Shown here piece by piece: positions 11,163 to 22,326 of a stretch of DNA of 64,000 bases (position 1 is its first letter; every line of letters begins with the position of its first letter). Where the stretch lies: positions 1-64,000 of the forward strand of contig JAVRCV020000026.1 in the NCBI GenBank assembly GCA_034530615.2. Reading direction: 5' to 3'. Both the position numbers and the translations under genes were made by a program. The notes beneath the pieces are model-generated. The model was not told where the DNA came from. It worked only from the letters and a program-made list of their open reading frames with translations, and made no database searches. Origin of the DNA: Aulosira sp. ZfuVER01. Lineage in GTDB: Bacteria; Cyanobacteriota; Cyanobacteriia; Cyanobacteriales; Nostocaceae.

Positions 11163-11657
11163 CTAAATCATCTCAAACTCTAACTGATGACTTTTCAGAA
11201 AATCATGAGTGAAATGATCCACCACATTCGTATCATTCAATTCTAAATTATAAAAATCCACAACTTCATGGTCAAAATAAGGGCCTGCGTGCCAAGTCCC
11301 CTCATTTAACTTAATAAAACAATTCCCTGGAATTCGGAAAGCCGCAATTTCATCTAACACAGGTTCATCCAATTCATGATGCGGAGGACAAACCGCAATT
11401 AACCAATCTTTCCCTTCCAAGGAACCTAAACATTGAGTACATTGCAGATGGCGAGTAATTTTATGAAACTTTCGCCCTCTACTATGCAGGCGCATAATAT
11501 AAAAGCGTGGAGTGCCATTTTGTAGATTTAATTGGGCATCTTCTGCATCAAAAGCCTTACCATCTGAACTAGGAAAAATCACCTGTCCATAAGGTTGAAA
11601 GTTTTCTGATGTGACTAATTCTGCCTGTAATTCTTGTACTATTTGTGATGTATTCAT
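11163..11657 (-). CDS. Ureidoglycolate lyase/hydrolase family
   Basis: NFQPYGQVI, RHLQCTQC and GTWHAGP motifs; purine-catabolism context. Confidence 0.82.
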   Translation of the reverse strand: MNTSQIVQELQAELVTSENFQPYGQVIFPSSDGKAFDAEDAQLNLQNGTPRFYIMRLHSRGRKFHKITRHLQCTQCLGSLEGKDWLIAVCPPHHELDEPVLDEIAAFRIPGNCFIKLNEGTWHAGPYFDHEVVDFYNLELNDTNVVDHFTHDFLKSHQLEFEMI

Positions 11658-11669
11658 AAGATTATCAAA

Positions 11670-12110
11670 TTACCATTCTAACTCTTTAGGAATCAATGAT
11701 TTAGGAATAATTGACGCTTGTTTTTCTTTATCTGAAGGTTTCGTATACCACCAAGCCCAAGCAATGAAAACTGCTTGGAAGGGAAGCCTAATTGCTTGCA
11801 ACCAAGGTGAATCTGAATAAGGTATAGTTTCAATCTTAATATGATTAACCGCCATATTAATATTCGCAGGAAAAACCGCAATAAATAACAAAATTAATCC
11901 CCAAGCAGCTGCTTGACTCACAGGCGGAACCAATAAGCCTATTCCACCCAAAATTTCATAAAAGCCACTGAGATAAACTAATCCTAAAGGATATGGCAGT
12001 TGTGGGGGCATAATTTTGACGTATGGTTGGGGAACAACAAAGTGCGTCACTCCAACTATAATTATCGATACTGCCAGGATGACACGCCAAAGTTCCTTAT
12101 TTTTATACAT
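11670..12110 (-). CDS. DoxX-like membrane protein
   Basis: GVTHF, SGFYEILGG, VFPANINMA, RLPFQ. Confidence 0.8.
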   Translation of the reverse strand: MYKNKELWRVILAVSIIIVGVTHFVVPQPYVKIMPPQLPYPLGLVYLSGFYEILGGIGLLVPPVSQAAAWGLILLFIAVFPANINMAVNHIKIETIPYSDSPWLQAIRLPFQAVFIAWAWWYTKPSDKEKQASIIPKSLIPKELEW

Positions 12111-12276
12111 GGGATTCGCCTTATTCTTGATTTACTCACATTTCTTTAGTTTTGTTGAGTGGTGTAATTTTGTCTTCAGTCAACAGTGAGAAAAATTGAG
12201 AAATTGCTTCCCAAATACCACCTCCGACTTTAGAGTGTTGAAATAACTAAAATATTTATCTATCTGAAGGCGAGGT

Positions 12277-13335
12277 ATGAAAACCAACTTTAGTCGGCGT
12301 CAATTTATCTTGTTTGGTTCAGCGGCGTTTGGTACTAGCTTACTGCTAAAAGCTTGCAGTAATAACCAGACGACACCAACAGCGACAACAACGGGCGGTA
12401 CTGAAGGGTTTAAAATAGCGATCGCTCTCCCTGGAATCATCACCGACAAAGCTTGGAATCAATCTGGTTATGAAGGAATCAATCTAGCAAAACAAAAGCT
12501 AGGTGCAGAAACCGCCTATGTAGAGAAAGTAGCACAAGCAGATCAAACAGAAGTACTCACAGATTTTGCTCGTAAAGGCTACAATCTCATCTTTGCGCAC
12601 GGCGGACAATTTGATGCCGCAATTGAACAAGTCGCCGCACAATTCACCAACACCTTTTTTGTGGGAGTCAATGGTAATCTCAAGGGAGAAAATATTGCCT
12701 CTTTACGAATAGATCACCTCCAAGCTAGTTATTTGTGTGGGATTATCGGCGCTTCTGTCACTAAATCGAATAAATTGGCTTATATTGCTGGGGAGAAGTT
12801 TCCAGCAACAGAGGGAGAACTGCGGGGATTTGAATTAGGGGCAAAATCTGTAAAGCCCAATATCCAAATTGCTTCTACTTTTACAGGTGACTGGAACGAT
12901 GTTGCTAAAGCCAAAGAAGCAACTCTCGCATTAATTTCTTCAGGTGCAGATGTCATCTATCAATGGTTAGATAATGCCTCAGCCGCAGTTATACAAACAG
13001 CAAGTGAAAAAGGAGTTTATGCTTTTGGTAATACCAACGATCAATTAGATGTTGCGCCAAAAGCCGTCTTAACCAGCGCTGTTAAACGTTTGGATTTAGC
13101 CATAGCTTATATAGCAGAACTAGCTAAACAAAAACAAATCAAAGGACAAATATATACACTTGGGCTTGAAAGACCAGATATATTATTTTTAGGAAAATTC
13201 GGGGCAATCGTACCGGAAGCAGTTAAGCAAAAGGCATTAAATACAAAGCAAGAGATTGTTGATAAGAAAATAATTTTTGAAGACTGCAAAGAGACTGGTA
13301 AAGATACACGCTGCGTGAAGAAAACAACAGCATAA
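12277..13335 (+). CDS. BMP family (nucleoside) ABC substrate-binding lipoprotein
   Basis: SRRQFI Tat-like signal, LKAC lipobox, DKAWNQSGYEG, GDWND. Confidence 0.9.
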   Translation: MKTNFSRRQFILFGSAAFGTSLLLKACSNNQTTPTATTTGGTEGFKIAIALPGIITDKAWNQSGYEGINLAKQKLGAETAYVEKVAQADQTEVLTDFARKGYNLIFAHGGQFDAAIEQVAAQFTNTFFVGVNGNLKGENIASLRIDHLQASYLCGIIGASVTKSNKLAYIAGEKFPATEGELRGFELGAKSVKPNIQIASTFTGDWNDVAKAKEATLALISSGADVIYQWLDNASAAVIQTASEKGVYAFGNTNDQLDVAPKAVLTSAVKRLDLAIAYIAELAKQKQIKGQIYTLGLERPDILFLGKFGAIVPEAVKQKALNTKQEIVDKKIIFEDCKETGKDTRCVKKTTA

Positions 13336-13461
13336 ATTTAGCATAAAGACATATTAAGAAGTTTCGCTTTGAGGAATTTATTCCTCAAAATGTGGACTAA
13401 ACTTTTGACTGCAAGCTATCATTTGCCAGCGTACATTGGTGTTTATCCGTGGTTCCTTAAT

Positions 13462-14928
13462 ATGAACTATTTACGCTTAGAAAATATTACTAAACGATTT
13501 GGTTCTTTTGTTGCCAATGATAATATCAGTCTCAGTCTTGCATCTGGAACCATTCACGCAATTCTAGGCGAAAATGGTGCGGGTAAGAGTACTTTAATGA
13601 ATATTATTAGTGGACTCTATCAACCTGATGCTGGTAATATTTACTTGCAAGAAAAACCAATAAAAATCACCTCATCTAATGAGGCAATTAAACTAGGTAT
13701 TGGCATGATTCACCAACATTTCATGCTTGTACCCCAATTGACTGTCACAGAAAATATCATCTTAGGAACGGAGAAAAGTTGGCAACTGAATCTACAACAA
13801 AAACAGCAAGAAATCGCTGCATTATCCCAAGCTTATGGATTAGAAATTGACCCGACTGCCAAAGTTGAAAATTTACCTGTTGGCACACAACAACGAGTAG
13901 AAATTCTCAAAGTTCTTTACCGCCAAGCAAAATTGTTGATTCTCGATGAACCAACAGCAGTTTTGACACCACCAGAAGTAGAGTCATTAATTGCTATCTT
14001 GCGCCAATTAGCAGCCGCAGGCAACACAATTATTTTTATCAGCCATAAATTAGAAGAGGTAATGAATCTCTGCGCTACAGTCACAGTTTTGCGCCAGGGA
14101 AAGGTAGTAACTACAACATCAACTGAAGCGGCGACTCCTCAGCAGTTAGCAACATTGATGGTAGGACGAGAGGTGGCTTTACAGTTAAATAAAACTCCTA
14201 CATCGCCAGGAGAAATTATCCTGTCGGTGCAAAATTTACAAGTTGCTGATAATAGAAATATTCTTGCTGTAAATAATGTATCTTTTGAGTTACGGAAAGG
14301 TGAAATTTTAGGAGTTGCTGGTGTAGATGGCAATGGACAGAGAGAATTAGCTGATGCATTAGCAAGTTTACAAACTATCAAGCACGGTAAAATTGAGTTC
14401 ACACACAAACCTTCCTTAGTAGGCTACATCCCAGAAGATAGGCAAATAATGGGATTAGTGATGCAATTTAGCATTGCCCAAAACTTGATTTTAAAAGCTT
14501 TTAAATATCTACCATTTTGTCGCCGTTTTTTGTTACAACAAGAAGCGATCGCTCATCATGCCCAAACTGCAATGCAAGAGTTTGATATCCGGGCGACAGG
14601 GAAAGATAGCAAAGTAAGCCAGCTTTCGGGAGGAAATCAACAAAAAGTGGTGTTAGCGCGAGAATTGGCGCGGGAACCAGCATTAATTATCGCTATGCAA
14701 CCCACACGGGGGTTAGATGTGGGGGCGACAGCCGCAGTTCATACTCGATTATTAGCAGAACGCGATCGCGGTGCCGCAATTTTGTATATTTCTACTGAGT
14801 TAGAAGAAGTGATGGCAATGAGCGATCGCATTGCCGTAATCTACAGAGGTGAGTTTGTCGCTATTTTGGATGCAGCCACGGCGACGGTGGAAGAGATTGG
14901 TTTATTGATGGCTGGGGGGACGCGGTGA
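13462..14928 (+). CDS. Nucleoside ABC transporter ATP-binding protein (two NBDs)
   Basis: GENGAGKS, LSGGNQQK, QPTRGLD; start moved to ATG 13462. Confidence 0.92.
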   Translation: MNYLRLENITKRFGSFVANDNISLSLASGTIHAILGENGAGKSTLMNIISGLYQPDAGNIYLQEKPIKITSSNEAIKLGIGMIHQHFMLVPQLTVTENIILGTEKSWQLNLQQKQQEIAALSQAYGLEIDPTAKVENLPVGTQQRVEILKVLYRQAKLLILDEPTAVLTPPEVESLIAILRQLAAAGNTIIFISHKLEEVMNLCATVTVLRQGKVVTTTSTEAATPQQLATLMVGREVALQLNKTPTSPGEIILSVQNLQVADNRNILAVNNVSFELRKGEILGVAGVDGNGQRELADALASLQTIKHGKIEFTHKPSLVGYIPEDRQIMGLVMQFSIAQNLILKAFKYLPFCRRFLLQQEAIAHHAQTAMQEFDIRATGKDSKVSQLSGGNQQKVVLARELAREPALIIAMQPTRGLDVGATAAVHTRLLAERDRGAAILYISTELEEVMAMSDRIAVIYRGEFVAILDAATATVEEIGLLMAGGTR

Positions 14929-14944
14929 CGCGGGGAAAATTGGT

Positions 14945-15511
14945 ATGCCAAGTCTTTATAACATTGGTGGTGCAAATGGTTCAGGAAAGACAACTGTGGC
15001 GATGAGTTTGTTGCCGAATTTTCTAGACTGCTTTGAGTACGTAAATGCAGATGCTATTGCTGCTGGACTATCTCCATTAAATCCAGATTCAATGGCTATG
15101 GAGGCAGGAAGATTAATGATTACACGGCTACAAACACTGTCTAATTCAGGTAGTGATTTTGCTTTTGAAACTACCTTAGGCGCGAGAACTTTTGCACCTT
15201 TTATAATTGAATGTAAAGCTAAAGGCTACACAGTTAACTTAATATACTTTTGGTTACGAAGTGTAGATTTAGCTATAGAACGGGTAGCACAACGAGTTGC
15301 TAGCGGCGGACATTCAATTCCAGAAGATGTTATACGTAGACGTTACGAAAGGGGAAGGAGAAATCTAATATCTTTGTATTTACCGTTGTGCGATGGCTGG
15401 ATGATATATGACAACTCTGGATCATCTCCCCTTTTCGTTGCTGAACGCATTATTAATCAACAGCATATGATTTATATAAATGAGATTTGGAGCCAAATTA
15501 TAGAGGTATGA
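14945..15511 (+). CDS. Zeta-toxin-like P-loop kinase
   Basis: GANGSGKTT, NADAIA, FETTL, RVASGGH, YDNS. Confidence 0.8.
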   Translation: MPSLYNIGGANGSGKTTVAMSLLPNFLDCFEYVNADAIAAGLSPLNPDSMAMEAGRLMITRLQTLSNSGSDFAFETTLGARTFAPFIIECKAKGYTVNLIYFWLRSVDLAIERVAQRVASGGHSIPEDVIRRRYERGRRNLISLYLPLCDGWMIYDNSGSSPLFVAERIINQQHMIYINEIWSQIIEV

Positions 15512-15512
15512 A

Positions 15513-15704
15513 ATGACTGAAGAAGAGATGAAAAAACTACATAGCAAAATTGATTCCGGAGTCAAAGCAGCAATTGCAGCAGCGATTGAAAGACATCGCA
15601 AACTGGGTCAATCGATTAGTATTATGCAAGATGGAAAGATTGTGACTTTAACTGCTGACGAAATTGCAGCGATTCAGAATCAACATAACACTGAAAAAAT
15701 CTGA
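15513..15704 (+). CDS. Small partner protein of the zeta-like kinase
   Basis: 63 aa, 1-bp gap after the kinase; AAIERHRKLGQSISI pattern. Confidence 0.7.
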   Translation: MTEEEMKKLHSKIDSGVKAAIAAAIERHRKLGQSISIMQDGKIVTLTADEIAAIQNQHNTEKI

Positions 15705-15751
15705 ATTCATCCCGCGCTTTTTCATTGGGACTGTCTTCTGCCTTTGCTTGA

Positions 15752-18043
15752 CTATTGATTGCTGGGGGCTAATTGAGGATAAGCGATCCTTTTGTGATGA
15801 AACTGCTGCCAAACCTGAACAAAAATATAGGCAATTTGAGACATTTCTTGGCGTGTTAACCCTGAATCAACTAACTGATTATCTTCCCAACGCGCTTTGA
15901 GGATTTTATTTACCATTGCCAATGCTGCTTCTGGGGTTGCATCTTTTTGCGAACGTAAAGCCGCCTCACAAGCATCAGCCAGCATCGCAATCCCGGTTTC
16001 TTTCGACTGGGGAATGGGGCCGTCATAGCGAAAATCTGATTCGAGCAACACTATGTCAGGATTATGTTTTTGTTGCTGCTGGGCTTCTTGGTAGAAATAC
16101 GCAATTAAAATAGTTCCCTGGTGTTCGGGAATAAACGCCTGAATGGCGCTAGGTAGCTTGTACTGACGAGCCATTACCAGCCCTTCACTTACGTGCTTTT
16201 TGATAATTTTGGCACTTTTCCAGGGGTCATGAATAGCATCGTGTTTATTGGGGCCTCCCATCTGATTTTCAATAAATCCCAGAGGATCGTGCATTTTACC
16301 GATGTCATGATAGAGAATTCCCGCCCGTACCAATTCCACATTACAATTTAATGCCCGTGCCGCAGCTTCTGCTAAAGTGGCGACAAACAGTGTATGTTGG
16401 AAAGTTCCCGGAGTTTCATGAGCTAGGCGTTTTAATAAAGGTCGGTTGGGATTGGACAATTCAGCTAGGCGAATTGGTGTAACTAAATCAAATAAAGCTT
16501 CTAGGTAGGGACTTAACCCTAGGGCTAAGATGCTCCAAATCAACCCTGCCAAACCATTGAGAACTGCTGTACCCAGAACAGCATACCAAAGGGGAGCGAT
16601 CGCAGTATTTACCAATAGATAAACCACTCCCTGCGTTAACCCAATTAAAATTCCCAAGGTAGCTAATTCTTCTCGCGTGCGTAGTGCTTCCCTACCGGGG
16701 AATCGCCATTGTCCCGCCATCAATCCGCCAAGCATTCCGCCAGCTGCACTAGGTATTAAATCAGTCCAGCTAAGTTCGGTTCCGATGGAGAGCAATATTG
16801 TCAGTAAGCCCATCACAGTACCCCCAATTGCCGTACCGTAGAAGCTACCAAGCAGCAAACCGATGGCGGGTAAAGCTGTCAATGATTTGGTCAAGATTAT
16901 CAGTAATGGCGCACTGAGAGTCAAGAACAAAATTAAGATATAATCGCTACTTCTTAATTTGGGGTGAATCCTTTGTTCTACTAGCCGGAAAACAGCCACC
17001 GCCAATCCCACAATCCCAGTAAAACGCATTAGATACAGCCAATCAATACCGCGTTGGCTTAAGTGAAAGCGATCTAACAGTACAAAATCAGCCTGAGTAA
17101 TTTTTTCTCCCGCCTTAACGATAACTTCACCTTTTTGAATGCTGACTATCGTTGGTTCTACTGCTTGCGCTGCTTGTTCGGCAATTAGCTTGGTTTGCTC
17201 TATATCTTTAATTAAATTGGCACTGATTACCGCTGATAGTAATTGCCTTGCTAAAGGTTGTGCGGTTTTTGGTACAGAAACACTCACCTGCATCCTGATT
17301 GCATAGTTCAAGTTATCCTTGGATAACCCTGAATAGATTCCTTGTGCTAACATTCGGTCTAAAGTTTGACGCACTTGGATTCGAGTTTCTTGCCAATCTG
17401 CATCAGACAAATTCAAAAAATTGGCATCATAAAGCGTTTCATTTTCGCTCAAGCTATTTAGGGTGATAGTATAGCGCTGACGAGAAGAGGCGATCGCTTT
17501 TAATAATTGAGAAAAATCACGGTAAGTTCGGAGTTCCTTAACGGCTAGCTGTTGAGCAGAATTTAAGCCAGTCAGATTGGTATTTTTCTCCAAGGTGCGC
17601 AATACTGTCTGCCATTGAGGTTCTGGTGCTTGTCGCAGGTAAGTTTGCGTGGCAGTGGATAATACTGAAGTCTTCACAAAGGGAAAACTGCCCAACTTCT
17701 CCCGGATTTTATTGCCTTGTGCCAATAATTCCTGGAGTTTTTGGTGAATTTCCTCATTCACTTGTTGATCGACAACCCATACCGCCGAAGCCCCGCTACG
17801 AGCCTCCCTGCGTCTTTCCTCTGTGGTTTTGACATCTTCTACATGAGCTGAAATCGGTGCGGTAAGCGTTTGCGGCGCTATCTTACCTACATCCAATTTT
17901 GGTTGGTTATAAAAACGGTAGCCTAGTCCACTAGAGAGCGATAGCACGACCAACACAAACATCCCTGTAGAATAGAGACGGTTTTTCAGCGATCGCCTAC
18001 TTTTGAGTACAGTTTGCCTGTAAGACCTACGAAATAAACTCAA
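15752..18043 (-). CDS. 7TM-HD (PgpH-like) membrane HD phosphohydrolase
   Basis: Extracellular domain, multiple TM helices, PGTFQH, YHDIGK, HVSEG, EHQGT, LADACEAA. Confidence 0.88.
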   Translation of the reverse strand: MSLFRRSYRQTVLKSRRSLKNRLYSTGMFVLVVLSLSSGLGYRFYNQPKLDVGKIAPQTLTAPISAHVEDVKTTEERRREARSGASAVWVVDQQVNEEIHQKLQELLAQGNKIREKLGSFPFVKTSVLSTATQTYLRQAPEPQWQTVLRTLEKNTNLTGLNSAQQLAVKELRTYRDFSQLLKAIASSRQRYTITLNSLSENETLYDANFLNLSDADWQETRIQVRQTLDRMLAQGIYSGLSKDNLNYAIRMQVSVSVPKTAQPLARQLLSAVISANLIKDIEQTKLIAEQAAQAVEPTIVSIQKGEVIVKAGEKITQADFVLLDRFHLSQRGIDWLYLMRFTGIVGLAVAVFRLVEQRIHPKLRSSDYILILFLTLSAPLLIILTKSLTALPAIGLLLGSFYGTAIGGTVMGLLTILLSIGTELSWTDLIPSAAGGMLGGLMAGQWRFPGREALRTREELATLGILIGLTQGVVYLLVNTAIAPLWYAVLGTAVLNGLAGLIWSILALGLSPYLEALFDLVTPIRLAELSNPNRPLLKRLAHETPGTFQHTLFVATLAEAAARALNCNVELVRAGILYHDIGKMHDPLGFIENQMGGPNKHDAIHDPWKSAKIIKKHVSEGLVMARQYKLPSAIQAFIPEHQGTILIAYFYQEAQQQQKHNPDIVLLESDFRYDGPIPQSKETGIAMLADACEAALRSQKDATPEAALAMVNKILKARWEDNQLVDSGLTRQEMSQIAYIFVQVWQQFHHKRIAYPQLAPSNQ

Positions 18044-18196
18044 ACATCACCCCCAAAAACTACGCCAGGATACTGCTTGTCAAGTCTAATTGGGCGATAT
18101 CGATATCACTGACCAATCCATTTTATCTACAATTTTGAGAACTGTTCAGTAACTTTTAGCTGAAATCACATCACAATAACGATCGCAACTAATCCT

Positions 18197-19246
18197 ATGA
18201 AATTCCTGCTACCAATCCTATCACCGCTAATTGCGATTGCCTCCGCCCTGATCGTTGGCGCTATCCTCATCCTCATTGCTGGCGCTAATCCCCTCACTGC
18301 ATACACAGCTTTATTTCAAGAATCCCTTTCTAGCTACTTTGGATTTGGTAACACCCTCACCAAAATGACACCGCTATTATTCACCAGTTTAGGCGTGTTA
18401 GTAGCATTGCGGGCTGGGCAATTTAATATCGGTGGGGAAGGGCAAATTTACCTCGGTGCATTGGGAAGTACTTTAATCGGGTTGTACGTGCAAGGTTTAC
18501 CTGCTGTGATTCATATCCCCTTAGCACTTTTAGCAGGATTTCTCTTTGGTGCAGTTTGGGGTTGGATTCCTGGTTATCTCAAAGCAATGCGGGGAGTGAA
18601 TGAGGTAATTACTACGTTATTGCTCAACTACATTGCCGTGAATTTAGTTAGCTATCTCGTACAAAATCCGTTAATGGCTCCAGGTGCGCCTAGCCCTTAT
18701 TCGCCCTTAATTGCTAAATCTGCACAATTACCGATTATCTTATCGCAGAGTCTCGCCCATGCCGGGATTGTATTGGCGTTAATTGCCGCTGGGATTTTAT
18801 GGGTGTTGTTAGTGCGATCGCCTCTAGGTTATCAAATTACAGCAGTGGGATTTAACCCCATCGCCGCCCGTTATGCCCACATCTCTGTCGAACGGACAAT
18901 TATGCTGGTGATGGCGTTAGCGGGGGGGTTGGCTGGTTTAGCTGGGAGTTGTGAGGTGATGGGGTTGAAATATCGGCTATTTGAACAAGTTTCGCCAGGT
19001 TATGGATTTGATGCGATTGCGATCGCTTTTTTAAGTCGTGGTAGTGTTGTTGGTGTAGTATTGACTTCCTTGTTTTTTGCCGCGCTTCGCAGTGGTGCGA
19101 ATGTGATGCAGCGGAGTGCAGGTGTGCCGATAACTGTAGTTTACGCGATTCAGGGGTTGACGGTGTTGTTTATTGCTATCAGCCTCGCGGTGGAAAGGGA
19201 GATAAGAGTAGAAACGCAAAGGGACGCGGAGGTTCACGCAGAGTAA
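18197..19246 (+). CDS. Nucleoside ABC transporter permease
   Basis: FNIGGEGQ, NEVITTLLLNY, GYGFDAIAIAFL. Confidence 0.9.
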   Translation: MKFLLPILSPLIAIASALIVGAILILIAGANPLTAYTALFQESLSSYFGFGNTLTKMTPLLFTSLGVLVALRAGQFNIGGEGQIYLGALGSTLIGLYVQGLPAVIHIPLALLAGFLFGAVWGWIPGYLKAMRGVNEVITTLLLNYIAVNLVSYLVQNPLMAPGAPSPYSPLIAKSAQLPIILSQSLAHAGIVLALIAAGILWVLLVRSPLGYQITAVGFNPIAARYAHISVERTIMLVMALAGGLAGLAGSCEVMGLKYRLFEQVSPGYGFDAIAIAFLSRGSVVGVVLTSLFFAALRSGANVMQRSAGVPITVVYAIQGLTVLFIAISLAVEREIRVETQRDAEVHAE

Positions 19247-19289
19247 CGCAAAGATTTCTCTGTGTTCCTCTGCGTTTAAAAATAACTCT

Positions 19290-20228
19290 ATGAATAATCT
19301 CAACTTCTTCTCTGATTACTTGGTAGCTACTTTACGTCTAGCTGTACCCTTGGGATTTGCTGCCCTAGGTGGATTGTACTCGGAACGGTCGGGGGTACTC
19401 AATATTGCCTTGGAAGGTATGTTGCTCACTGGTGCTTTTGCGAGTGCTGCTGCTACCTTCTACACTGGTAATCCCTGGCTTGGTATCCTCGCAGCTTTGA
19501 TTGCTGGAGGATTAATAGGGTTACTTCATGCTTTTTTATGTGTAACTTTGCGCGTTGACCAATTGGTGTCTGGGTTAGCAATTAATCTTGTCGCAGCTGG
19601 GTTAACATCATTTTTGGCAAGGTTAGTATTTAGTGGTAGCAGTACACAGCAAGTACCTGGAATTGGGGCAATTATTATTCCTGGTTTAGCTAATATTCCC
19701 GTGCTTGGTTCGCTGCTATTTCAGCAAGATATTTTAGTATATTTGCTATTTATATTAGTTATTTTTACTACTTACATTTTATTTAAAACTAGCTTTGGAT
19801 TAACATTACGGGCTGTGGGTGAATCTCCCAAGGCGGCTGATACAGCTGGCATTTCGGTACAGATTGTACGTTATATCGCTGTGATAATTAGTGGCTGTCT
19901 TGTTAGTTTGGGAGGTGCTTATTTAACTTTGGTACAGGTAAGATTTTTTGCCGAGGGGATGAGTGCTGGTAAGGGATTTATTGCGATCGCAGCTTTAATT
20001 TTTGGCAGATGGCATCCTATATATAGTGCTTTAGCTTGTTTGCTATTTGGCGCTACAGAAGCTTTACAACTGCGAATTCAAGCACTAGGTGTAAATATCC
20101 CTTACCAATTTTTAGTCATGTTACCTTATGCGATCGCTTTATTGGCATTAGTAGGATTAGCCGGGAAATCTACACCACCCAAAGCTTTAGGCACTCCCTA
20201 CTTTCGAGAAAATCGCCACTCAGACTAA
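19290..20228 (+). CDS. Nucleoside ABC transporter permease
   Basis: SERSGVLNIALEG, GKGFIAIAALIFGRW. Confidence 0.9.
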   Translation: MNNLNFFSDYLVATLRLAVPLGFAALGGLYSERSGVLNIALEGMLLTGAFASAAATFYTGNPWLGILAALIAGGLIGLLHAFLCVTLRVDQLVSGLAINLVAAGLTSFLARLVFSGSSTQQVPGIGAIIIPGLANIPVLGSLLFQQDILVYLLFILVIFTTYILFKTSFGLTLRAVGESPKAADTAGISVQIVRYIAVIISGCLVSLGGAYLTLVQVRFFAEGMSAGKGFIAIAALIFGRWHPIYSALACLLFGATEALQLRIQALGVNIPYQFLVMLPYAIALLALVGLAGKSTPPKALGTPYFRENRHSD

Positions 20229-20229
20229 T

Positions 20230-20874
20230 TTATCTTGTACCAAATAAGCGATCGCCTGCATCTCCTAATCCAGGAATAATATAGCCGTGTTCGTCCAAAT
20301 GATCATCAATAGCCGCCGTGTACAACGGTACATCAGGATGCTCCTCACAAAAATGCTGAATACCTTCTGGTGCGGCGAGTAAGCAGACAAACTTAATCGA
20401 CAAAGGATTAGTTGATTTCAACCGTTCCACCGCCGCCACCGCAGAATTACCCGTCGCTAGCATCGGATCGACAACGATCATGTCTCGCTGCTCTACATCA
20501 TGGGGAACCTTAAAATAATACTCCACCGCAATTAAAGTTTTCGGATCGCGGTACAAACCAACGTGTCCCACCCTTGCTGATGGAATTAACTCCAACATTC
20601 CATCTAAAATTCCTTGTCCCGCCCGCATAATCGAAACTAATACCAGCTTTTTATCAGGCGCAAGCACAGGCGCATTCATTGGTGCGAGTGGTGTTTGAAT
20701 CTCTTCGTATTTCAGCGGTAAATCCCGCGTTACCTCATAAGCCAACAACAAACTAACTTCTTTCAGGAGATTACGAAATTTCGTTGTACTAGTTTCAGCC
20801 CTCCGCATCAGCGTTAGTTTGTGCTGAATTAATGGATGTTCAATTAGTGTTACTTGATTTTTGTCATTTGTCAT
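20230..20874 (-). CDS. upp: Uracil phosphoribosyltransferase
   Basis: [29 protein letters not shown]. Confidence 0.96.
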   Translation of the reverse strand: MTNDKNQVTLIEHPLIQHKLTLMRRAETSTTKFRNLLKEVSLLLAYEVTRDLPLKYEEIQTPLAPMNAPVLAPDKKLVLVSIMRAGQGILDGMLELIPSARVGHVGLYRDPKTLIAVEYYFKVPHDVEQRDMIVVDPMLATGNSAVAAVERLKSTNPLSIKFVCLLAAPEGIQHFCEEHPDVPLYTAAIDDHLDEHGYIIPGLGDAGDRLFGTR

Positions 20875-20960
20875 TTGTCATTTGTTATTTGTCATCTGTT
20901 ATTCTCCGCGTCCCCGCGTCCCCGCGTCCCCCTGTCTCCCTGTCTCCCTCATCTCCCTCA
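20859..20960. repeat. STRR-type short tandem repeats (TTTGTCA; CCCCGCGT; CCCTGTCT)
   Basis: Visible heptamer and octamer runs between URC4 and upp. Confidence 0.75.
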
Positions 20961-20968
20961 TCCACCAA

Positions 20969-22216
20969 TCAGAATACCGTGCCATCACTTTCTATTTGTA
21001 TGGGGGGTATCCCACCCGTTCTAAGTTCAGCAGCGATTTTGCGTCCAGCCGTCCAAGTTCCCCCTTGGAGGATTTTTACTAATGGCAATTCCTCGGTACT
21101 CATACTCAACTTTTCGCGGACTGTCGCAGCGATTCTATCTAAAAGAATCACCGTCAAAGCTCGCCATTCAACTATAACTGCCGATGCCACTGAGTGAGAT
21201 GAACTTAAAATATCTAGGTTTTTCACACTGATAAGTCCCAAGTCGAGACATAAACCTCCATTGCGATATTCTGGTAAACCAGTAAGTTGATCTAAACCAG
21301 TAATTTTTAACCCAAGTTCTTGCAGTGGTTCTAATAAAGAATATGTCAACCACTGAGACAGCTTATGAAAAGGTACTAAACCATCATCGCCAATAGCTGG
21401 ATGTTGCCATACATCACCTAAATTTACCCCAGCTACCTCTAATCTTCCCGGCCAGATATCACTCAGCCCTTCCAGTACTGCATTTAAAACAGTTGTAGCT
21501 GCTAACTCCCCGTTTTCCGACTTACCCAACAGATAATTAACCAAATTCCCCGGACGAGGATTTTTCTCTCCAAATAAATGGGGTGAAGCCAGTAAAACTT
21601 GCCCTAACTTTTGTAATAAATTCAACCTTCCCGCAATTCCCACCAAAGGATTTTCTGAACTTACCTGAAACCCAGTGGCTAATTCTGCCTCAGTTAATGC
21701 TTGCAACCGCAAAGCATCAGCCTGTGGTAAACCATCACTGGCAAAATTACCTTCACAAAACATTTGGAAACTAGCCACAGCCAATCCTTCAGAACGCCCC
21801 AACCTCAAGCCAGTTTCCTGTTCATCATAATGCCATTTATCCCCAGCACCTGCATCCAACAACACGCTGACAATCGCTAAATCAAACTTAGCCGCCGCCT
21901 TCTCTTCAGGCGACAACCCCGCTAACAAATTATCCAACTTAGCTAATCGCGGCACACCCCCAACTTCAAAATGTCGCCAACGACTATGAAAGGGAATATC
22001 CAGATTTGGGTACTCTCCTCGCATCACCTCAATTACATAATCCGCAACCCTTCCCAACTGCGCCAAATCACATACAAAATTATCTGACTTCCCCTCACAC
22101 ACCCAGGAAAACAATTGCCCACATCGTTCCCGAATTGCCTCCGGCGAACGAAGATATGCAACTAATCTCTCTTCTTCCCTTGGCGTTCTTGGCGTCTTGG
22201 CGGTTTGTTTTTCCAT
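20969..22216 (-). CDS. URC4/urg3 family protein (DUF1688)
   Basis: PFHSRWRHF, SVLLDAGAG, RSEGLAVAS, FHKLSQWLTYSL, TGLPEYRNGGL, EWRALT. Confidence 0.9.
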   Translation of the reverse strand: MEKQTAKTPRTPREEERLVAYLRSPEAIRERCGQLFSWVCEGKSDNFVCDLAQLGRVADYVIEVMRGEYPNLDIPFHSRWRHFEVGGVPRLAKLDNLLAGLSPEEKAAAKFDLAIVSVLLDAGAGDKWHYDEQETGLRLGRSEGLAVASFQMFCEGNFASDGLPQADALRLQALTEAELATGFQVSSENPLVGIAGRLNLLQKLGQVLLASPHLFGEKNPRPGNLVNYLLGKSENGELAATTVLNAVLEGLSDIWPGRLEVAGVNLGDVWQHPAIGDDGLVPFHKLSQWLTYSLLEPLQELGLKITGLDQLTGLPEYRNGGLCLDLGLISVKNLDILSSSHSVASAVIVEWRALTVILLDRIAATVREKLSMSTEELPLVKILQGGTWTAGRKIAAELRTGGIPPIQIESDGTVF

Positions 22217-22326
22217 CCTTCACCTCCTAATACACCCCAGAAGGATAAAGGATAAAACTTCATCCTTCAAACTTTATCAGGAAGACAGAGAGCATTATTC
22301 CTTCTGCCCTCTGCCTTCTGCCTTCT

